Shown: positions 1 to 7,850 of the stretch, one piece after another
Layout of the letters: every line of letters starts with the position of its first letter
Numbering within the stretch: the first letter of the stretch is position 1
Assembly: GCA_030704615.1 (NCBI GenBank)
Contig: JAKLZA010000071.1
Coordinates: 1-8,000, forward strand
DNA length: 8,000 nucleotides
Reading direction: 5' to 3'
From: Takakia lepidozioides
Taxonomy: Eukaryota > Plantae > Bryophyta
Program-made: the position numbers and the translations under genes
The notes under the pieces: generated by a model
Seen by the model: the letters and a program-made list of their open reading frames with translations, nothing else
What the model was told of the DNA's origin: nothing
The model's database searches: none

Positions 1-190
1 TCAGGTATCAGGCCGAAGCCATTGTGTCTCTAATCTGCTCTACAATATCACTACAGCTTTGCATATAACAAGCATCTACTAATCATCTCTCCTCCTTCAC
101 CGTGCTCTCCATCTTTGCTTCCGTTCTTGCTCTCCGCCCGATCCCTTCTCATGCATAACCAAGAACTCCCCCGTGAAGTGCCTGCTCCTC

Positions 191-198
191 CTTTTATC
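191..198 (-). promoter_or_regulatory. Possible degenerate TATA-like box of the LTR promoter (GATAAAAG)
   Basis: The minus strand reads GGAAGATAAAAGGAGGAG, one mismatch from TATAAAAG, downstream of the U3 array. This is position and motif similarity only. Confidence 0.25.
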
Positions 199-320
199 TT
201 CCTACCCGTTGTTCTTAACCGCTTCCCTCACTAACCGTCGTTCGTGAACTAACATGTTCCCTTCGCAGATGTTGTTCCCCACAGTCGTTCCCTGTCCTGC
301 TATCCTTTCCCTATGGTCGT

Positions 321-520
321 GACAGCTGTGTCAAGCTGTGACTGGCTGTGCGACTGTGTTTGGCTGTGTCGGGCTGTTACTGGCTGTGTGCTGTGACTGG
401 ACGGTGTCGGGTGTGACGGCTGTGTGTCGGGCTGTGTCGGGCTGTTTGGCTGTGTGGCTGTGTCGGGCTGTTACTGGCTGTGTGGCTGTGTCGGCTGTGA
501 CTGGCTGTGTTGGGCTGTGT
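321..520. repeat. Degenerate tandem array of roughly 7-12-bp units with core GGCTGTG inside the putative LTR (U3-like part)
   Basis: gacagctgtg tcaagctgtg actggctgtg ... tcgggctgtg ... ttgggctgtg; about 20 units of irregular length. Confidence 0.9.
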
Positions 521-645
521 AACCCCCTTCTAAAGTGCGATGTTGTCACCCCTAAGGCTCCTGTTGGTCTCAGTCTATGCAAAAATTAAGGGTACCCTAC
601 AGATCCCGTATAAGTGTCTAAGTCCCAGACAGTCCTCTAACATTA

Positions 646-659
646 CCCCTTCCCCTCTC
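646..659 (-). promoter_or_regulatory. Polypurine tract (plus-strand DNA synthesis primer) GAGAGGGGAAGGGG
   Basis: 14 consecutive purines on the minus strand, followed by TAA and TGTTAG. It lies just after the last sense ORF, the canonical PPT/3' LTR junction. Confidence 0.88.
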
Positions 660-660
660 A

Positions 661-679
661 AAAAGCCGTGTCCTCACGG
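661..679 (-). other. Small hairpin CCGTG-AGGA-CACGG plus T-run immediately 5' of the PPT
   Basis: The + strand has ccgtg (666-670), tcct, cacgg (675-679). The minus strand reads CCGTGAGGACACGGCTTTTT and then the PPT. Confidence 0.65.
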
Positions 680-680
680 T

Positions 681-3600
681 TTACTGATTGCGATTAGCAA
701 ACCTTTGTGAGTGAGCACCTTTCTGACGTTGAGAGTTTCGTGGCAGACTGTGTGTACGAGCCCGAGGTCTGTCACTGGTTGACGGAGATGTTTGAACACT
801 ACCCGGATAAGTGAGGCCCTCTGGAGGCTGATATCAAGGTAACTTTTCAGGCATAGGAGACCCCCGTCGCTTCTTCTCTGCCATCTGAATTGCATAGTCT
901 TCTCCCATGTCAAAAGAATCCACTGAAGAAACAGTTGTATCATAATCCTCATCGCCTCTCAGGTGTTTTAATTGTCGAACTTTTTGTGGAATCCTCTGGG
1001 GCATACAATGTTGTCCTATCATGTCTGGAAGTTTATATTTTAAAACTTGTTGTAAACGTTGAACAGCAAAATTGGTGAAGACACTGAGCTCCTTGTCTGT
1101 CCAGGTGAGTGGGGTACCAATTACTTGTGCACCGTGCAAGTATTTCCATGCCACATGTCCCTTATAGAAAATATCATCAATACCAAATTTCTGTGTTGAC
1201 AAATTGTTCCAGGCCGTTTGAAACCATGAACGAATTTGAGAATCCTTTTGCATCATAATTTTGCCTCATATAGGTACATATGAGGTGGCACTGAAGGTAA
1301 GACCCAATGATCCCCACTGGAATAACTCAGAAAGCGCGATTGCATCTTGTGCTGCTCAATGTGATAACGTACCAGAAAACAAGCAGCGTAGTATAACCCG
1401 CATCCCATGACAATACTTGCTACCTCTTTGGTCTTGGTATAAATGAATCCATGTACAACTTGGAAGGCAATTAATTCCTTCAACATTGTACTTGCCTCAT
1501 GCCAGTATTGTGCAAAGTGATGATCCTCAATATGTCGATTGTTCGGAAGAACTTTAGTCCTAGTTGCCACTGGCAGCCAAATGCGCATGATTTGGTAGTA
1601 ATGTGCGAATGACTGCGGAGGACTAAATTCTTTCCAAGCCAAATCCAACATGATGGGAATTTGGTTGAAGGGCATAATCATAGCCCTACTGTACTCCCTT
1701 GCAGCTGGAGTTTTAGGTGGGTTAAAAGCAGCATTGCCCCATACCTCAGGCTGTGGTGGCTGTGGTGTGGTTGTAGTAACAACAGGTTCAGCTACTGGTA
1801 TAGTGACTTGTTGTGGTGTTGGTGGTACTGGCTCTTGTATCATTGGCATCTCCTGCACCTCCTGTGAAGAAGACTAAAAAGCCAAAGTTCTGGCTTGTAA
1901 ATAAGAAGCCATTAACTGTTCCTCAGGTATATAGGCTCTTTTGTCGATATTTGAAGTGAGGTCTTCCACTTGAGTCTGCAGTCCGTCTACATCCTCCTGT
2001 AACTCCGCTATACTACTATAGACATTGTCTATAGTAGTTGTGGCAATGTTCTGCACTTGGAGTCTGAGTTCATTCATCTCGCTTTGGGTGAGCTTTCGTG
2101 GTGCTTTGCCCTCCACTGGGCCTTGTGCTAACCAGACCTGCATAAGGTGGTTATCCACCAAGTTGCTTGTGGTTCCTCTGAGAGTGTGCTCCTCTCTTAG
2201 TTTGTACACATCTTATTGCTGTTGTAAAGCCTCCATGCGCTTCGCATGAGGTTCAACCAAATTCGAATAGGCAGCAAGTAGATTATTGGCTTCCTTCCAA
2301 GCCTTGTATTGACCGAGATTTCATTTCTATTGGCCATGATCGTTTGTTGCAACTCCAGGATGTGCTTCTCTTGATCAGCTTCAATCTGCCTGTATTGCTT
2401 GAAAGTATCCTCATTGCGACAGATTGTATTCTTCATATCGACAATGAGTTTCATTTGCTCAACATTCTCTGCTTCTGCCTTCATATTTTTTTCTGCTTGA
2501 CTGTTTATTTCTTTTGTAGTTTGGTCAAGCATAGTTGTGAGTGTAGCACATTGTATGGCCATCCTGTCATGCACTGTCTGCAACTCCGTATGTAGTGCAT
2601 TCACTTCTTGCAACTTGCTTTCATGCTGCACCTGCATTTGGTATAGCTGTTGCTTATGTGCTTCGTGCAACTGGTCTTGCGCGAGGCTTGCCTCAATCAA
2701 TTGTTCCTTGGCCAATTGCAAAGCCGCTTCTGTATTCTCCAAGTCTTGCTGCATCTTGAGAGTGACCTCCTCATCGACGTTGTTTGCACACTCAGTGGCT
2801 AGTCGAGCCTCAAACTCCTTCCTGAGTTCCTCTCTCAAGGTTGTCAATTGGGTAGTTGGAACATGGGATTTGACATAAGTCCCCAACAAATTAAGTGTCC
2901 TGCCTATGGAACTCATCAGCATTGCCTGTTGAGGGTCATCATGGTGAGGTTGCTGCTGTTCCTCCTGATCCTCAACCGTGTGATGTCTCACGAACCACTC
3001 AGGCCATTGTCCCACCGGATTTTCTTCCTGAACCACTTCATCCATCACCGGTGCTGCAGTGTCTTGACATTCTACCTGTGGTACCTCCGACACAGGTGTG
3101 TGTATTATATGCACCTCAGGATTTCCCTTGGGCAACTGTTGCACCTCTGGAATCTCTGTCTCCTTGACCAGACCAGAATATTCATAGAGAAGGTCCCCCT
3201 TCTCAATTTCTGCCACTATCTGTTCTGTAGTTGGAATATCTAACCCTTCTTTTTCCAAATCAATTATTTCTGGTTGAGCTGCATGGATAACTTGTAACCT
3301 TGTGACAAGCCGCTCCTCTGGCTGTGATGGCTGTGATACTGAAGTAACTTCCTCTTCCCTCTCTGAAGGTCCTGCTTCTAGTAATAGCAGTTCTCTGTGC
3401 TGCTGTGCCCCTTCCTGCACAAAAACTTGGGAAACATTATCACGCGGATTCCGTGAAGCCAGTGGATCCGCCACTACAGTCTTTCCGCGCCTCTGTCTCT
3501 TATTCTCGTGTTGTCCTGCCATTCCACCCTCACTGTGTGAAGAGCCTTGCTCTTCCATTGCAGTGGTTTCTGGCTCAAACACTCCCATCTCCTTTCTTTC

Positions 3601-4232
3601 TCGAGCATCAAGGATGCCAGAATCAAGAATTATTTGAGCAATGATTGGGCCAGACACTATGATAGGAACTTTGCGGCAGTACCCTGTAATCTTTTCATCT
3701 CCTCTACCAGTGCGTTGTACATTATGTCCGCCCATTCTACCTCTTCTCCTCTCAGGGCTTTGAGTATTTCCTCTGTGAAGGATCTGCTCAAATACTGTTG
3801 GTTCTGTTTCATGGCAAACAGAACGTTCAATACCTGGCCTACCTCCTTAAGCCCTGGGTACACGGCCTTGGTACAAGCATAACACTGAGTTTTAAATAAA
3901 CTCCCTTCTTGGAATAAGTCCCCTATTTGCAGTCTTGCCCTGTGCTCCTCCACATGCACCTGGCCTGCTGGCAATCGAAACAATTGCTATAGGTATAGGG
4001 GAGTAATTACTAATTCAACTCCCTTCACCGTTGTTGCTCCCGTCCTTGGCTCAAAGTTCTGTAAGAATTGTAACATGTATTGTCTATGGTGCAATGTCCA
4101 ATCTTTGCTTTGCAATCCTTGCAATCTCAGCTCCTTCAGTATCTGCATCGCCTGTGGGGTAGCAATTGTTTGTTTTTGCAGAATTGTGGTGCTCTTCACC
4201 CTGATTTCCTCCATTCCTCTCACTCTCTTCAT
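681..4232 (-). pseudogene. Large accessory (env-position) ORF of unknown function, about 1,185 codons when reconstructed; start uncertain (ATG 4232 or 4214, frame open from 4706)
   Basis: Track ORFs 3987-4649, 3657-3983, 2197-3735, 1874-2209, 1253-1858 and 834-1256 abut or overlap on the sense strand. They join through in-frame stops (3989-3987, 2215-2213, 1876-1874, 836-834) and single-base shifts (about 3671, 2320, 1260). The final TAA is at 683-681. Confidence 0.75.
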
Positions 4233-4940
4233 TCTAGACCTGTAGAAATGTTTTGGCCGTAACAATTGAAGAAATGCCTGTAGTGCACAAAGCATAAACG
4301 TATGGTTGCCACAAAAAGCTATGGGTAATTTCTTGTAAGCCTGTGGAGCTTGCAAGCATCGATCAAGAGAAAAGCTCCGCTCTGTTCTTTCGTGTCTATG
4401 CCACTGCGTAAGTAATATTGCAAGCGTATAGTCTGTTAGTTCCTCCATAGCTTCCAAGCTATAGCATTGATGGTCTGTCCCGTCGAGACGCCCGTTACTT
4501 AGAACGACGCCGACTCTTGTGCTTAAATTCCCTCTAATTTCTTGATCCTTTTTTTGGTTTTCGATTGGCTGTAACCGCTGTGACTGGATTTTAAATTTAA
4601 TTTTCTTTAGTGGGCTTTCCCTGCTGGATTGTCCACTAGGATCACACATGTGACAAGAATTTCGCTTTTCTGTACTTGTTGTTTGTTCCGTTCCCTTTTT
4701 CCGTATTTATTAATGGGCCCGCCATTCATCCGAATTGACGCGCTAAGTAGGTACTTTGACGGCCATCTTTGTCCTCTTTCTTGATGACACCTGTTCTTGC
4801 ACTTCCTTCTCAGCTGTGTGTCGCGCCCTGACTTCCACGTGTCTATTTTTAAACTGGTTTCCGTCCTTTCTTCCGTCGGCCATTTTCCTGAAGTTATTGG
4901 GCGTCCACCTGTCACTGATTCTATGGATCGTGTAACCCTA

Positions 4941-5210
4941 GTAGGCTGTGTTGAGCTGTGACAGGTTGTGTCATACTGTGGTACGCTGTGATAGACTGTG
5001 ATGCACTGTGGTAAGCTGTGATAGGCTGTGACACGCGGTGGTAGGTTGTGATAGGCTGTGTTGCGCCGTGTTGGGCTGTGATAGGCTGTGTCACATTGTG
5101 CTGGGCTGTGATAGGCTGTGTTTCGCCTTGATAGGCTGTGATTGGCTGTGTCACGTCGTGATGGACTGTGATAGGCTGTGCTTCGCCTTGATGGGCTGTG
5201 ATAGGCTGTG
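4941..5210. repeat. Tandem array of 27 in-register decamers (consensus about ATAGGCTGTG) with 30-bp and 60-bp higher-order periodicity
   Basis: Read directly: ataggctgtg-like units at 4991, 5021, 5051, 5081, 5111, 5141, 5171 and 5201. In the pol frame it encodes repeated TAYHSPxRRx decapeptides. Confidence 0.95.
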
Positions 5211-5355
5211 TCACGTTTGTTCTGCCCGCCCTGGTCATATATGCTTGGCCTAGCGACAAGTGCTCCATACTCCGTTGGTAACACTGGCGCAGCCCGTGAC
5301 TGCTCTTGCGTTTCAACATGCAAATCATGCTGCAATGGTTTGTCATGGATACCAC

Positions 5356-6400
5356 TATATCCCTTTAACTTATTGGCATTGACTCTTCCCAGCATTTCTT
5401 TGTTAATGGTTTGTAACATGGCGGTGTTGTTATCATACATCTTTTGTATGACATAAGGTCCTTTCCATGGTGATTTAAGCTTAGAAGCTTTAATTTTTCC
5501 CTTCTTCTGCAACCATAGAACCAAATCTCCCGTCTTAAAAGTTTTTAACTTGTTTTCGTCAAACTGTTCCTTCATCTTCATCTGAATTCTTGTCATATTA
5601 TCAGCTGCATCAGCACGTACTTCTTCCACATGGTATAATTCATGTTTCCTGACCTTAATGAATCTTGCAATTCCATTCTCTTTCCCCACTCCGTTCACAT
5701 GGTAGGTAACAGGAATTCCACTGGAAGTAAGGCTTCCATACCATAAACTAATTGGAATGGTGTATACTTAGTGGTGACTTTATATGAAGTCCTGTATGAC
5801 CACAAAGCTGTCAACAGCTTTGTATCCCAATCCGTTCTGTTTGCATTGACTATCTTAGCCAAGATAGTACATAGTATTTTGTTGGTAACCTCTGCCTGTC
5901 CATTACCCTGTGGGTAATATGTTGTACTCTTCCTATGCACAATCATGAATTCCTTAGTCAATAATTCAATGGTCTCATTAATGAAGTGACTTCCCTGATC
6001 ACTGATAAATTCTAAGGGACAGCCAAATCGTGTAAGTATGTTCTCATACATGAACCTTGCTGTGGACTTGGCTGTGTTGTCCCTCAAAGCTTTAGCTTCC
6101 ACCCACTTCGTAGTATAATCAGTGGCTGTAATTATGTACCTGTTCCGTGTATTCTTGGCTGGTGGGTTAATCGATCCAACAAAGTCTAGTCCCCATTTCT
6201 GAAATGGTTCCGTAGGCATTGTAGGATACAAGGCCATCCTTCCAATCTCTGCAAAGGTCCTAGCCTCTGACATTCATCACAACTCTGACAATACTCGTGT
6301 ACATCTTTGAACAAAGTAGGCCACCAGTAACCTGCGAGTAGTATCTTCCTACTTGTAGTCTCTTCTCCAAAATGACCTCCAGCCACTCCTTTATGAACTT
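5356..6400 (-). CDS. Integrase: HHCC zinc-binding domain, DDE core and C-terminal GPY/F module (split by frameshifts and a stop)
   Basis: VHKGVAGGHFG...YWWPTLFKDVHEYCQSCDECQR; WGLDFVG; TDYTTKWVEA; SDQGSHF with exactly 35 residues to the E of PQGNGQAE; ALWSYRT; TPFQLVYG; FKTGDLVL...KLKSPWKGPYVI (GPY about 5453-5461)...VNANKLKGY. Confidence 0.94.
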
Positions 6401-6689
6401 CCTCCAAAACTTTATTTACTTCATGGTGGTACAAGCATCGTTTTAGTACTCCATCAGGTCCTAGCTTATACATTCTGCTTCCTACCATAGTATAAGGTAA
6501 AGCTTTGATAGCGATTCTCTTCCTCTGCTCCTTACCATAACTAGGTGGGCATTGACCATGAGTAAGGTAGTATCTAATTGGCCACTGCCAATCTAACCAT
6601 TCATCTGCACTTCCTTGCACCTCCATTATAAATAAACTCGCGTCAGGTAACTGATCGTCCACTCCTGTGGCGGCCTCTCCTGTTGTTAG

Positions 6690-7050
6690 TCGTGACAAAT
6701 GATCTGCTACAAGATGCAAACGGCCAGGCTTGTAAATAACCTCGAACTCAAACTCATGCAAGATTATTAACCACCTCGCTATCCTTCCACTTATCAAAGG
6801 TTTGTTCACCAGATATATCAGAGCCTGGTGATCCACATAAAACATAAACTTTCTTCCCAATAGGTAATGCCTGAATTTCTTGACTGCATAAATCATTGCC
6901 AGTGCTTCTCTTTCAGTTGTGCTATAGTTCCTTTCAGCACTGTTCATCAACTTGCTAGCATAGTACACAGGTGAATCTATATTTCCTGTAACATTCTGGG
7001 CTAACACCGCTCCCAACGCTTCTCCTGATGCATCGCAGTGAACATGAAAT
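6690..7050 (-). CDS. Ty3/Gypsy-type RNase H domain of pol
   Basis: FHVHCDASGEALGAVLAQ, YYASK, ERNYSTTEREALA, KFRHYLLG, VDHQAL and VADHLSR. All four acidic catalytic residues (D,E,D,D) are present. Confidence 0.93.
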
Positions 7051-7319
7051 ACTACATGCCAGTGAGGGTTAATCAGCACAGGTGTAGTTACTGACAGTGT
7101 AAGTTCCTCAAACGTCTGTTGACATTCAGCTGTCCAGGCAAACACTGCATCTTTATTCAGAAGCTTGCTCAATGGTGCTGCTATTTGTGCATACCTTTTG
7201 ACAAATATTCTGTAATAACTGGTTTGCCCAAGGAATCTCCTTAAACTCTTAACATTCACTGGTGGTGGAGAGGCTTTAATGGACTCTGTCTTCCTGGGAT
7301 CCACAAGAAGTCCGTTCTT

Positions 7320-7850
7320 ACATACAGTGTGTCCCAGAAGCACCCCTGAGTTCACACAGAAAGTACACTTCTCTGGATTCAAGCCCAGACCTCTCATCCT
7401 GCATCTGGCCAGACATAACTCCAATTTATGCAAGTACTCATTCTTAGAGCTGTACACACTGAAATCATCCAAGAACACCTGCATGAAATCATCCAGATAC
7501 TCATGAAAAGATTCACTTATTACTCTCTGAAAGGTTGCTGGTGCATTACAAAGTCCAAAGGGCATGACTTTGTATGCATAAGCACCCCAGTCTGTGATGA
7601 AAGCTGTCTTTCCTTGATCTTCTTCTGCCACTTGCACTTGATTATAACCACTGAAACCATCCATGAATGAGTACATCTCATGGCCTGCCACAGTGTCCAA
7701 TACTGCTTCTGTGAATGGCAAAGGGAAATGATCTTTCTTCGTACAAGCATTCAGCTTCTTGTAGTTCACACATACTCTTAGTTTACCATTCTTCTTGGGA
7801 ACTATAACAATGGGTGACAACCAAGTTGTATACTCTATTGGGTATATAAA
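7320..7850 (-). CDS. Reverse transcriptase domain of pol
   Basis: Motifs WLSPIVIVPKKNGKLRVCVNY, KDHFPLP, SFMDGFSGYNQV, KTAFIT, VMPFGLCNAPATFQR, catalytic FLDD (7475-7464), KCTF and LLGHTV. Boundaries are approximate. Confidence 0.96.

Larger units (their letters stand above)
1..642 (-). repeat. 3' LTR (5' end at 642, TGTTAGAGGAC...; truncated by the window start)
   Basis: Begins with TG 3 nt after the PPT and has non-coding character. The partner 5' LTR and the terminal CA are not identifiable in this window, so the far boundary is unverified. Confidence 0.75.

Noticed and set aside
1-14. tcaggtatcaggcc resembling a tRNA-iMet primer binding site (TGGTATCAGAGC)
   Set aside because: The match is imperfect, it is on the wrong strand for this element, and it sits at the window edge where context cannot be checked.
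11-20. GGC-TTCG-GCC (UUCG tetraloop) on the minus strand
   Set aside because: The stem is only 3 bp, which is expected by chance.
331-589. ORFs 331-582 (-) and 338-589 (+)
   Set aside because: They are low-complexity translations of the stop-poor GGCTGTG array inside the putative LTR.
589-598. Perfect 10-bp palindrome AGGGTACCCT near the LTR start
   Set aside because: Palindromes of this length are expected by chance in 8 kb, and there is no other support.
674-952. ORF 674-952 (-) as a separate gene
   Set aside because: It overlaps the better-supported frame (834-1256 plus read-through to 681) and its composition is unremarkable.
2234-2248. Hairpin CATGCG-CTT-CGCATG near the in-frame stop at 2215-2213
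   Set aside because: It is a short stem within coding sequence and lies upstream of the stop on the sense strand, so it does not fit a read-through stimulator.
1749-3338. Isolated GGCTGTG doublets at about 1749-1765 and 3320-3336
   Set aside because: They are explained by Gln-Pro codons (PQPPQP, SQPSQP) in low-complexity linkers, and there are too few to call an array.
681-4232. Calling the accessory ORF a true retroviral-type env
   Set aside because: There is no evident signal peptide or fusion peptide and only one marginal hydrophobic segment. Position alone is insufficient.
4941-5210. CRISPR-like look (about 20-bp constant part plus variable part)
   Set aside because: The variable parts are only 10 bp and are themselves related repeat units. 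There are no cas genes, and the context is a eukaryotic retrotransposon.
4921-5355. ORFs 4921-5355 (-) and 5038-5253 (+) with QPITA and GCDRLC repeats
   Set aside because: They are alternative-frame readings of the tandem array, with no independent coding evidence.
890-7670. Numerous short + strand ORFs (e.g. 1650-1877, 2537-2878, 2848-3243, 3302-3637, 7279-7506)
   Set aside because: They are antisense shadows of the minus-strand coding regions with no recognisable motifs. There is no support for an antisense accessory gene.
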